Assembly: GCA_038214755.1 (NCBI GenBank)
Contig: JBBQRQ010000019.1
Span: forward strand, 1-59,933
DNA: 59,933 nt
Reading direction: 5' to 3'
DNA from: Verrucomicrobiota bacterium
GTDB taxonomy: Bacteria > Verrucomicrobiota > Verrucomicrobiia > Limisphaerales > CANJXF01
The notes under the pieces are model-generated. The model was not told the DNA's origin. It was given only the letters and a program-made list of their open reading frames with translations, and did not search any database. A program made the translations under genes and the position numbers. This document shows, piece after piece, positions 36,323-45,463 of the stretch (the first letter of the stretch is position 1; every line of letters begins with the position of its first letter).

Positions 36323-39100
36323 TCACGGCTGGGAACTTGGGATGATCGTGGAACTCGGTTGAACGGGCACCGAGACTCTGGCAAATGGCAACTCTTCATC
36401 GGGATGCACCCGGTTGCCCGCGGGATCGATGATCGTTGGAGTAACGAAGATCATCAAATTCCTTTTGACCGATGAAGAAGATTCGCTGCGAAAAAATCGG
36501 CCGAGAAGGGGCAGATCCCCCAGAATCGGAATCTTGTCTTTAATTTTGTTCACGTTGTCAGTGATGAGGCCGCCGAGCATGACCGTCTGCCCATCCCACA
36601 CGTTGCAACTGGTCGTAATTTGTCGAAGACGAAATCGCGGCAGTGGTAATTGCGCCGTCAACGGGATGCCGACGGTTGCGCCGCCGACCGATTGCCCTTG
36701 AGGAACGAACTGTCCCGGATCGTCGTAACCGATGAATTCCGTGACGGTGGGGATAATGGTCATTTGGATGGAGTAGCCATCCGCAGAAACAGAGGGAAGG
36801 ACATCAAGCACAGGACCGAAAGGAAGCGTCTGCGTTTGATACTGGACGGTCGTGCCCACCACACCGGGCGAGGCGTTGTTGTTATTGTTATTGCCACCGT
36901 TACCGCCACCACCACCCCCGGCCTGGTTGAGACTCACGTCGGTAACAATTCTGATCAAATCCAAAACGGAAATTTGCGCTTGCCGACCGCTCAGGGTCGT
37001 TGCTTTCGGAGCCGATAAAATATCCGCGCCAGCGCGTTGCTCCAATGCGCGGATCACCACGCGAAATTGCGGGTCAGTCAAAATTCCGGTGATCGTCGCC
37101 ACCGCGGGCACTCCATTGTTTCCGGCAAGACCCGAAGTCAGCAGCGTGTCGGATGAAGACGGAGAGATTCCTCCGATGAAAGGTGTGAACGGGTCGAGAG
37201 TCGGAATGGCTGGCCCAGGAAAAAAACCACTGGGATTCGCCGCACTCGACCTGCCTTGGGATGACGGAGCGGTCCCGCCTTGCGCGCCGATTCGTCCTCC
37301 GTTCAACAGTGTGTTGCCAATGAACCAGTCGAAGCCCAGGGCCTTGCTGTCGTTCTGGCTGATCTCCGCGAATTTTGCTTCAATGGTCACTTGCGGCGGA
37401 GCGGTATTCAATACTTCGATTGCTGTTGCAATGATCTCCAAATCTGCCAAGGACGCCTTCACCATCAACAATCCAGTCCGGTCGTTGAAGAAAAGAGCTT
37501 TCCCATTTTGCGTCACGATCCCCCCGCCCCCGCCGGGACCCACTGCTGCTGCCGCTCCGAAGTCCACGCCCGCCGCTGTAAAATATTCTCTCACGATCAA
37601 ATTAATGTTCGCCTGCAAATTGGTTTTGCTGACGCTGCTTAAACCATTTCCAGTGGTGCCCGTTCCGCCTTGGCCGCCGCCCCCGCCGCCTTGACCACCG
37701 GTCGCTTGAGCAATCGAAACGCGAGGAATGGAAAACCCTCCGGTGTCCTGACCACCTTGCCCGCCGCCACCACCACCACCACCGCCGCCGCCGCCACCGC
37801 CACCGCCACCGCCGCCGCTGCTACTCTGCACCGAAATATTTAAAGCGGTGACGCTCTCCAAACCTTGCAGGAAGGTGTTCGGGTTCACATGAAAAGTCCG
37901 GCTATAAAAAGCAACGCCTTCCGGCGCTTTTGGAGAGAAAGAAACTCCATACTCTAAAATCTGATACTCGATTGGCTGGTCCGACATCGAGACAATCGCA
38001 TCCAGCACATCAGCCAGCCGAAGGTCGTTCAGCGCAGGACTGATGCGCACCGTGATGTTGTTCAAATCAACCGGCGCAACGGGAGCGGGTGTAAAAACGG
38101 CCTGAGTAGGATCAGCCGGATTGGGAGCCACGGCGGCAACGGGGGCGTTGGCGTGCGGATTGAACATAAAATTAATTCCAATCTGATCCACGTCGCGCTT
38201 CTTCGTTTCGTCTTTCAACGATTTGAGAACTTCGCCCAAGGGCAAACCCTCGTATAAAATTTCGGGCAAACGGATTCGGTCGAGTTTCACTTTGATCAGT
38301 TGGCGGCCTTTGCTGGTGTAAACCAGATTGGTGTGCGCGGCGGGATTGGGGATCTGCAACGCATCTCTTTTTACAGGCGGGTCCCATGCTTTTTGCACTT
38401 CGACCAGCGCGTTTTTCGCAGCTTGTTCGCGCCGTTGCGAGCTGTCGTTGTAACGAGCGGATTTGATCATGTCTTTGTATTTGAAAGCCGCGATGTTTTG
38501 CGGGTCTTCCTGCAAGGCCAGATTCAACTTCAACTCCGCTTCGTCCCATTTACCCAATTCCAGAAGGAGCTTGGCGTCCTGCACCAAAGTGGCTGCCGCG
38601 ATTTTTTGTTTCTGAATATCGGGAACTTTGGCAATCGTTTCCGTGCTGGGGACATTGCCGCGTTGCGCCAGAATCATCTTGTCATTGTCGCGTTTGAATT
38701 TGAGAAGGTCCTCATTCTTAGGATCAATTTTCAACGCGCTGGAAACCTGTTCGTTGGCCAGGGCCAAATCCCCCCGGCGTTGCGCATCCCGGGCCAACTC
38801 CAACCGCACCTCCGCCAGCCCCGCCACCGCCATCATCTTGTCCGCTTCCACGGCCGCCACGCCCGAACCGACTTTCGGAAAAAGGGAAACGGCTTCCTGA
38901 TATAATTTTCCCGCGTCCACTAAAAAACCTTTTTGCCGGGCGTCCTGGGCGGCGACCAATTTGTTGTGGAGGTTGATGCTCGCTTCCTGGCGGCGGACGG
39001 CTTCCTCTTCCGCTACCAGTGTGGAATTGGTTTGAGCCTGCACCGAAAAAGCGCCGGCCCACAAAATTAAACCCAGCGATAGTTTAACTACTTTGTTCAT
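36323..39100 (-). CDS. Outer-membrane secretin (PilQ/GspD family, Amuc_1098-like) with TPR-like N-terminus
   Basis: PPQVTIEAKFAEI, ILSAPKATTLSGRQAQI, WDGQTVMLGGL..KIPILGDLPLLGRFFRS..NLMIFVTPTII. Confidence 0.93.
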   Translation of the reverse strand: MNKVVKLSLGLILWAGAFSVQAQTNSTLVAEEEAVRRQEASINLHNKLVAAQDARQKGFLVDAGKLYQEAVSLFPKVGSGVAAVEADKMMAVAGLAEVRLELARDAQRRGDLALANEQVSSALKIDPKNEDLLKFKRDNDKMILAQRGNVPSTETIAKVPDIQKQKIAAATLVQDAKLLLELGKWDEAELKLNLALQEDPQNIAAFKYKDMIKSARYNDSSQRREQAAKNALVEVQKAWDPPVKRDALQIPNPAAHTNLVYTSKGRQLIKVKLDRIRLPEILYEGLPLGEVLKSLKDETKKRDVDQIGINFMFNPHANAPVAAVAPNPADPTQAVFTPAPVAPVDLNNITVRISPALNDLRLADVLDAIVSMSDQPIEYQILEYGVSFSPKAPEGVAFYSRTFHVNPNTFLQGLESVTALNISVQSSSGGGGGGGGGGGGGGGGGGGQGGQDTGGFSIPRVSIAQATGGQGGGGGGQGGTGTTGNGLSSVSKTNLQANINLIVREYFTAAGVDFGAAAAVGPGGGGGIVTQNGKALFFNDRTGLLMVKASLADLEIIATAIEVLNTAPPQVTIEAKFAEISQNDSKALGFDWFIGNTLLNGGRIGAQGGTAPSSQGRSSAANPSGFFPGPAIPTLDPFTPFIGGISPSSSDTLLTSGLAGNNGVPAVATITGILTDPQFRVVIRALEQRAGADILSAPKATTLSGRQAQISVLDLIRIVTDVSLNQAGGGGGGNGGNNNNNNASPGVVGTTVQYQTQTLPFGPVLDVLPSVSADGYSIQMTIIPTVTEFIGYDDPGQFVPQGQSVGGATVGIPLTAQLPLPRFRLRQITTSCNVWDGQTVMLGGLITDNVNKIKDKIPILGDLPLLGRFFRSESSSSVKRNLMIFVTPTIIDPAGNRVHPDEELPFARVSVPVQPSSTIIPSSQP

Positions 39101-39115
39101 GGTTTTTTTTGACGG

Positions 39116-39889
39116 TTAAGGAGTTTTACTCGGCGCTTGGGGCGCGCTTTTCAAGGGAATTGTTGTTCGTTTGTCAGTCGAGATGGCTTGGACTCTAACG
39201 GCATTCTCAGTGATGGCAATAATTTTGTATGACTCTCCGCCAAACGAAATATTTTCGTTTATTTTCTTCTTGAGAAAGGTCTGGTTGTCCGGCTCGTACT
39301 TGAGATCTGCCGCGTAACTTTCGACTCGTTGAAACGGTTTAGTTTTGGAAATGGAAACGAGTTGCTGATTGTCCGCCAGTTCCAAAATCAGTTCATCGGG
39401 ATCTTCCGGCGCGCCTTTGACTTCCTTGAGAGTGAACAAATCTTTTTTGTCATTCAGCTTGGCATAGACCCGGGATTTGGTGGCGGATTGGCGCGTGACG
39501 GCAATCCAATAGCCCGGACTGGTGGCGCGTTCGTAGCTCAACTCAAAATAGAGCGGCGTAATTTTTGTGACGACCAACGCATCGACTCCTTCGCGAAGAA
39601 TTTTCAAAAACGTGCCGTCGCTTTTTAGTTTCCAGGTCACGGGATTGAACAAATTGTGTTCACCGGAAAGCCGCACGGTCGGCGGAGTTTTCAAACGGAC
39701 CAACGCTGCTTCGTTCGTGGTCAAATCCACCGGAGTGAGTTCCTTCGGGGCGGTCAGCGTGACTTTATATTTTTGGGACTCTTCTCTTTCCTTGCTCATC
39801 TTGATCGGAAACCAGGCGGCGGTCAGCGCCAAACAAAGCAGCACCACGCTCAACAAAATTTTTTCGTAATGTCTTTTTAAAAACTCCAT
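39116..39889 (-). CDS. Pilus/secretion-system membrane-anchored protein (Amuc_1099-like)
   Basis: FLKRHYEKILL followed by TM, HNLFNP motif; position between Amuc_1100-like gene and secretin. Confidence 0.7.
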   Translation of the reverse strand: MEFLKRHYEKILLSVVLLCLALTAAWFPIKMSKEREESQKYKVTLTAPKELTPVDLTTNEAALVRLKTPPTVRLSGEHNLFNPVTWKLKSDGTFLKILREGVDALVVTKITPLYFELSYERATSPGYWIAVTRQSATKSRVYAKLNDKKDLFTLKEVKGAPEDPDELILELADNQQLVSISKTKPFQRVESYAADLKYEPDNQTFLKKKINENISFGGESYKIIAITENAVRVQAISTDKRTTIPLKSAPQAPSKTP

Positions 39890-39892
39890 GAA

Positions 39893-40888
39893 TCAACGCG
39901 GGGGTTTGAGTTTGACGACATCGATTACCAGGGTGATGTGCAAAGGTTTTTCACTCAGGAAAACAATCGGCGCAGTGGAAGCGGCTGGTCGGCCCGGTGC
40001 GGGAGCTGCCGGAAGAACGGGACGGGCCGGGCCACCCAGCCCATAACGGGACCCTTCTCCTCCACGCCCGGCGCCATAAGGGTTGGGCGAATAGCCCGGC
40101 AGAGGCTGCAATCCCGGATAAGGCTGCGCTCCGGGAAAAGTTTCGGGCGTTCCGGGCAACACTTTCGACGGCTCGACGCTCACCGTCTTGACGATCAGAC
40201 AATTGGTCGAGCGCAATATCCCGTCCATGACGCTGCCCAGATCGGCGCTGAAACTTCGGAACGTAACTTCATAAGGAGTGACAATTGCAATGTCATTCGT
40301 CGTAACCGCTGCGGGCAGGTAATCAGCCGTTCCACCCATATCGTCCGCCGAAACCGGCACCCGCCGCAGCCCTTCCAACGTGTGGATTTTGGCTTGATAG
40401 AGAATATGACAAATCGCTTTGATCTCACCCAACTGCGCCGTCCACGGCTCAATGCTACCCGGCTTGAAAGTCAGTTTTCCGCGCTGCGCCAAAAAGGTGA
40501 AGGCATAGTCCGGCGGCAAAACCACTCCCGCGTTGCTGGCGCCGGTTCTCAATTCGGAAATCGTGTTCAACAACAAATTGTTAAAACCTTTGTCATCGGT
40601 TTTTTCGTAGGTCGGGACCGGCACAAAAAGTTTTCGCGCTTCCACCAGAAATTCGCGCACGCGTTGTTCGTCTTTTTTTGCCGCGCTGATGTTATCGACC
40701 GTCTCCGTGCCGGGGTGAACGGGCGCATCGTACATCCGGCGCAATTCGGAAATCTGCTGGTTCAACTCCTCGGTGGCGCGCGTGTCCTTTTTTAGGTTGG
40801 AGAATAAATAATAGCCGGCGAAGCCCATCAACAGAAGCGCCGCCGCGCCTCCCGCCACAAAAAATAAATTTCGTTTGATCCAGGCCAT
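39893..40888 (-). CDS. Amuc_1100-like / PilO-like pilus-associated protein
   Basis: WIKRNLF + TM + coiled coil + GVVLPPDYAFTF..QLGEIKAIC..PYEVTF; position after pilM. Confidence 0.75.
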   Translation of the reverse strand: MAWIKRNLFFVAGGAAALLLMGFAGYYLFSNLKKDTRATEELNQQISELRRMYDAPVHPGTETVDNISAAKKDEQRVREFLVEARKLFVPVPTYEKTDDKGFNNLLLNTISELRTGASNAGVVLPPDYAFTFLAQRGKLTFKPGSIEPWTAQLGEIKAICHILYQAKIHTLEGLRRVPVSADDMGGTADYLPAAVTTNDIAIVTPYEVTFRSFSADLGSVMDGILRSTNCLIVKTVSVEPSKVLPGTPETFPGAQPYPGLQPLPGYSPNPYGAGRGGEGSRYGLGGPARPVLPAAPAPGRPAASTAPIVFLSEKPLHITLVIDVVKLKPPR

Positions 40889-40890
40889 AC

Positions 40891-42735
40891 TTACAATTTG
40901 AAGGGCTTCTTCAATTTCACCGTCAAGGTGAAGGTAAAAGTCAGCGGGTTAACTGGATCGATCTTGATGTCGCCCAGGGTCGTGCCTTCCGCGAATAATT
41001 TGCTGCGCTTGATTTCCGATTCCAACGTGTAGGCCAAATCTTTATTGGCGGTGGGAGAAACTTTGTCGAGGTTCACTCCTTTGCACACAAAATCCAATGT
41101 GCTGATTTCGTTGCCCGCTGGAGCGGCCGTTGGAGTCGCCACGGGCGCAACCGGGTTGCCGTAACGCCCCATGTCGATTCCGCCGCGGGGCCCGAATTCA
41201 GGAGGGAAACCCGCCGCCGCATACGGAGCGCCTTCCATCGGGCTGGCCGATCCATAAGCGCCGCCGGCCGGAAGTTGTGGCGCAAAAACTTCCACCCACA
41301 AACCCACCTCCGTATTCAAACTCTGTTTGGCGACGACCTCCGTCGCAATGAAAAGTCGGCGAAGCTCCGTCAAAACTCCCGCCCAATAAAATCGATCATC
41401 CACCAGCCCCATCATCTGGTCGGCTTCTTTTTTCATCTTGTCACGCGCCGCCAACTCCGTTCGCAAGTTCCCCTCTTTTACCCGCAATGGCTCCACCTGC
41501 GCTTTGATTTTATTCAACTCCGTCTCCTTGATCGCAGCGACTCTGCTTTCAAACCAGCCGATGGCGAAGACCACCAGCACCACGGCAAAGACCGACGCAA
41601 TAATATAGGGCTTCTTGTGACCAAATTGCTGTCGCTGGATTGAACTCTCCGGCATCAAATTCAATTCCACCGGGCAATGCGCCAGATCACGCAAGCCCAG
41701 TCCGACCACTTCTCCAAAGGAATGCGCCGTCTTGGACAACTCCTCCAAATCTATCGTCGGATCGATTTGCAAATTGCGGAACGGATTAAAATATTCCACC
41801 GGCACATTGAGTTTCTCGGAAAAAAACTGCGCGGTGTACGGCATGATCGACGCGCCGCCGGAAAGGAAAAGCCGCAACGGAGCCGACCCGCCTTGTTGGC
41901 CGCGAAAGAATTGAATCGTCTGATTGACCTGAATGTGGAGGCGCGTCATCACCTGCCGCGCGATCTTCGAAATGGCCGCTTGCTGGGGATTTTCCGGTTC
42001 CTCGTAAGCGCCGCCGAGGCTGACAAAACCTTGATCAATTTTTGTTTGCTCCGCTTCAACAAAAGCGAGTTTCGATTCGTTGGCAAAATCCTGCGTGATG
42101 GAGTTGGCGCCTATATTAATACTGCGCGAATAAACTTTTCCTTTTTCAAAAAATAAAAGGTTGCTCGTCTTGGCTCCGATATCCAGGAGCATGGTGCAGC
42201 CTTCGAGGTCGCCGTAATTATAACGAAACGCGTTGCACAACGCCGCCGGCGAAACATCCACCAATTTCAAATGCAGCCCCGCTCCTTCCGAAACGCGGAA
42301 CAATCCCTCGACCACTTCGGTCTTGATCGCAACCAACAAAACTTCCAGTTCGCCCGTGGCCGTCGTTCCTAAAATTTGATAATCCCAAACCACTTCCTCC
42401 AGCGGGAACGGCACGTTTTGCCGCGCCTCGTACTCGATGATTTGCGCGACCTTCGCCGTATCGACCGGCGGCAGTTTTACGAATTTGGAAAAAACGTGGA
42501 AGCCCGGCGCGCAGACATTGATTTGTTTGGAGCCAAAATGCTTCTCCGAAAGCAACTCCTGAAGCGCGCGGAGAATCGTCGCTTCGCGCGTGGCCTCCTG
42601 CGAGCCTTCGATGCCCAGCGGTTTGATCCCGTATTGTTTGAGGCGCAACCCGCCCGCTTCGTTCGGCTCGAACTCCGCCATCTTCAGGCTGCCCGCGCCA
42701 AAGTCCGCCGCCAAAAATGATTTCGAATTTAACAT
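40891..42735 (-). CDS. pilM: Type IV pilus assembly protein PilM fused to PilN-like domain (Amuc_1101-like)
   Basis: Actin-like motifs DFGAGSLK, EARQNVPFPLEEVVWDYQ, LDIGAKTSNL, LSGGAS, NPF; then ELNLMP, a TM segment and a periplasmic domain. Confidence 0.9.
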   Translation of the reverse strand: MLNSKSFLAADFGAGSLKMAEFEPNEAGGLRLKQYGIKPLGIEGSQEATREATILRALQELLSEKHFGSKQINVCAPGFHVFSKFVKLPPVDTAKVAQIIEYEARQNVPFPLEEVVWDYQILGTTATGELEVLLVAIKTEVVEGLFRVSEGAGLHLKLVDVSPAALCNAFRYNYGDLEGCTMLLDIGAKTSNLLFFEKGKVYSRSINIGANSITQDFANESKLAFVEAEQTKIDQGFVSLGGAYEEPENPQQAAISKIARQVMTRLHIQVNQTIQFFRGQQGGSAPLRLFLSGGASIMPYTAQFFSEKLNVPVEYFNPFRNLQIDPTIDLEELSKTAHSFGEVVGLGLRDLAHCPVELNLMPESSIQRQQFGHKKPYIIASVFAVVLVVFAIGWFESRVAAIKETELNKIKAQVEPLRVKEGNLRTELAARDKMKKEADQMMGLVDDRFYWAGVLTELRRLFIATEVVAKQSLNTEVGLWVEVFAPQLPAGGAYGSASPMEGAPYAAAGFPPEFGPRGGIDMGRYGNPVAPVATPTAAPAGNEISTLDFVCKGVNLDKVSPTANKDLAYTLESEIKRSKLFAEGTTLGDIKIDPVNPLTFTFTLTVKLKKPFKL

Positions 42736-42911
42736 CTGGACAAGAATTTCTCCGGCGACCCGCGCAAATTTTTCCAATCAAAATTGAGCAAACGCAGAAA
42801 AGTCCGTGCTGAGTAAAGGAAATAAAACCAACGGTCAAATAGAAAAATATTTTTTGGGAATTAATTCCGTAAAACCAGATTTTGCGTTAAAGCCGTAGCG
42901 CAGTAAAGGGC

Positions 42912-43047
42912 GTAGCGCAGCTTTGCAAGCTGCTGTATCGCAGGTTTGAAACCTGCGGCGGCTCAAACGATTCAAGCGCGCCCGGTTTTTTAGAAACGTC
43001 CTGCCGGTTGCAAACCGGCGATACAGCAGGTTAAAAACCTGCACTAC
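42912..43047. repeat. GTAG-type REP-like double hairpin
   Basis: GTAGCGCAGCTTTGCAAGCTGCTGTATCGC ... GCGATACAGCAGGTTAAAAACCTGCACTAC. Confidence 0.85.
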
Positions 43048-43051
43048 GGCT

Positions 43052-43524
43052 CCAATGGGGTAGCATCTGCCTCCGGCGGGTGCGAAAAGAATTTCCCTAT
43101 CCCAAATTTTTCACCTTCAAAAAAAATTCTTCGCACCCGCCGGAGGCAGATGCTACCCATGTTGCGATGAACAAATTGATTTACGATTTCGGATTGACGA
43201 TGGACGAGTCGGGGGCGCATCTCAGTTTCTTGCAAAATAACGGAACGCCGATCTCCTGATCGGCTCGCCGAAATGGAGAGCGTTCCAAGGCCGATCAGGA
43301 GATCGGCGTTCTGTCGCCATCTCTTGCCGAAGATTTGAAACCTGCAATTTAGTGAAATGCGCCCCAATGGGGTAGCATCTGCCTCCGGCGGGTGCGAAAA
43401 GAATTTCACCGTCCCAAATTTTTCACCTTCAAAAAAAACTCTTCGCACCCGCCGGAGGCAGATGCTACCCATGTGGCAATGAACCGAATGAATTTACGAT
43501 TTCGGATTTACGATTTACGAGTCG
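43052..43524. repeat. About 160-bp direct duplication (43052-43211 / 43364-43524), each a family A hairpin plus heptamers, separated by a GGAACGCCGATC hairpin
   Basis: Near-identical copies at 312-bp offset, including the loop sequence. Confidence 0.9.
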
Positions 43525-43575
43525 CGGAACAAATGCGCCGCATTCGTAAATCGTAAATCCCAAATCCTAAATCAA
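43491..43575. repeat. Inverted heptamer arrays (ATTTACG / CGTAAAT) abutting the dapL start
   Basis: AATTTACGATTTCGGATTTACGATTTACGA ... TCGTAAATCGTAAATCCCAAATCCTAAATC. Confidence 0.8.
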
Positions 43576-43577
43576 AA

Positions 43578-44828
43578 ATGCCCCCCGACTCGTACATTCA
43601 AAATTTATTGGCCGAACGCATTGGCGGAAAAAATTACGGCAAATCCACCGCCATTTATAAATTCGAGAAAATCAAACGCGCCAAACGTGCCGCGCTGACC
43701 GCCAATCCGGACGCGGAAATTATCGATCTCGGCGTGGGCGAACCCGACGAGATGGCCTTTCCAGAAGTCGTCGCCAAACTGCACGACGAAGCGCGCAAGC
43801 CGGAGAATCGCGGCTACGCGGACAACGGAGATGGTCAGTTAAAGGAAGCCGCCGCGCGTTATCTGGAAAAAGTTTGCGGAGTGAAAGGAATAAATTCCGA
43901 AACGGAAATTCTTCACTCCATCGGCAGCAAAGCGGCCCTCTCGATTTTGCCCGCCGCGCTCATCAATTCCGGCGACACCGTTTTGATGACGACACCGGGC
44001 TATCCCGTTTTTGGGACGCACTCGAAATATTATGGCGGTCTCGTCCACCAGTTGCCGCTCACTCAGCAAAATAATTTTCTGCCCGACTTGGATTCCATTC
44101 CACTCGAAGTTTTGCGCAAAGCAAAAGCGCTCGTGCTCAATTATCCGAACAACCCGACGGGCGGGAGCGCCACGCCGGAATTTTTTGCGAAGGTGGTTGA
44201 GTTTGCGAAAAAAAATCAAATCGTCGTCATTCACGACGCGGCCTACGCGTCCTTGGTTTTTGAAGGCAAGCCGTTGAGTTTTCTGGCGACGCCCGACGCG
44301 AAGGAAGTTGGCGTCGAACTTCATTCCGCCAGCAAAACTTTCAACATGACCGGTTGGCGCTGCGGATTCGTCGCTGGAAATGATTTGCTCGTCAAAGCCT
44401 ACGGCGATGTGAAAGACAACACTGACTCCGGACAGTTTCTGGCGATTCAACATGCCGCGGCGTATTGCTTCGATCATCCAGAAATCACAGAGAAAATCGC
44501 CGCGAAATATTCCCGCCGCATGGACGCGCTCAGCGAAGTTTTGCGCGGCGCCGGCTTCGACGCGAAGAAACCGCGCGGTTCTTTTTTTCTCTACGTCAAA
44601 GCTCCGAAAACCGCAGTCGAAAAAAATGGGTCGCGCATCGAATTCAAAAATGCCGAAGAAGTTTCTCAATGGTTGATCACCGAAAAATTAATCTCCACGG
44701 TGCCGTGGGATGAAGCCGGCGCGAACCTCCGTTTCAGCGTAACATTCGTTGCCAAAAATGAGGCCGATGAGGAACGCGTGATCAAAGAAATTTCAAATCG
44801 GCTCCGTCATGTGACCTTCGAGTTTTAA
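43578..44828 (+). CDS. dapL: LL-diaminopimelate aminotransferase
   Basis: ERIGG..YKFEKIKRAK N-terminus, IDLGVGEPD, NYPNNPTG, HDAAY, HSASKTFNMTGWR PLP-Lys, KDNTDSGQF. Confidence 0.9.
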   Translation: MPPDSYIQNLLAERIGGKNYGKSTAIYKFEKIKRAKRAALTANPDAEIIDLGVGEPDEMAFPEVVAKLHDEARKPENRGYADNGDGQLKEAAARYLEKVCGVKGINSETEILHSIGSKAALSILPAALINSGDTVLMTTPGYPVFGTHSKYYGGLVHQLPLTQQNNFLPDLDSIPLEVLRKAKALVLNYPNNPTGGSATPEFFAKVVEFAKKNQIVVIHDAAYASLVFEGKPLSFLATPDAKEVGVELHSASKTFNMTGWRCGFVAGNDLLVKAYGDVKDNTDSGQFLAIQHAAAYCFDHPEITEKIAAKYSRRMDALSEVLRGAGFDAKKPRGSFFLYVKAPKTAVEKNGSRIEFKNAEEVSQWLITEKLISTVPWDEAGANLRFSVTFVAKNEADEERVIKEISNRLRHVTFEF

Positions 44829-45409
44829 ATTCTCCGGGAGTCTTGGTTTCGCAGGCGACGGGAGATTTTTGGCGCGATTTTTTTTAAAACAAAAAATAAA
44901 ATGGCCGCCAAAAAAATAATCGCGACCACCGGCGCTAGAATCGCCAGCACGCTCATCAGCACCGAACCGACCCACTCGATTGTCGCCAGAATCGGATTGG
45001 CAAATCCCGCCGTGCTGACCGAGGATGCGCCGCGGGTCAACACCGTTGCCCCTTGCACAAGTCCAGCCGCGCCTCCGCCCGCGATCACCGCCAGAGTCCA
45101 TTTCAGAAACGGACTCATGCCGCCCACCATCGACGCAGTGGCAATCGTGCCCGCGATGATCGCGATGGGTGTCGCGATCGTGTCCATAAAATTATCAACC
45201 CACGGCACATAGTAGGCGGCGATTTCCAAAGCCGTCGCGACCGCAAACGCAATCAACGCCGCGTCGCTGCCCATCCATTGGAAGGAGGGGACGAGCGCCA
45301 GATGTCCCGCCTTCGCAGCGACGCTCATAATCAACAAAGGAACAAAAACGCGAAACCCGCACGCCGCGCTCAGGCCAACGCCAATCAAGAGACTTAAAAA
45401 TGTGTCCAT
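44825..45409 (-). CDS. DUF4126-family membrane protein
   Basis: GVGLSAACGFRVFVPLL, EIAAYYVPWVDNFMD, TAGFANP. Confidence 0.85.
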   Translation of the reverse strand: MDTFLSLLIGVGLSAACGFRVFVPLLIMSVAAKAGHLALVPSFQWMGSDAALIAFAVATALEIAAYYVPWVDNFMDTIATPIAIIAGTIATASMVGGMSPFLKWTLAVIAGGGAAGLVQGATVLTRGASSVSTAGFANPILATIEWVGSVLMSVLAILAPVVAIIFLAAILFFVLKKIAPKISRRLRNQDSRRI

Positions 45410-45463
45410 AAAGTTCGGTTCCACGTTAGCACAGAAATGTTCTCGTTACCGGCCGTGGAGAAT

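Noticed and set aside
42835..43472. ORFs 42835-43044 and 43044-43472 (internally repeated peptide)
   Set aside because: Translations of REP hairpins and of the 160-bp duplication; not an Amuc_1102 homolog as far as I can see
43052..43524. Possible CRISPR array
   Set aside because: Repeats alternate in orientation, the spacers are duplicated, there are only two units and no cas genes
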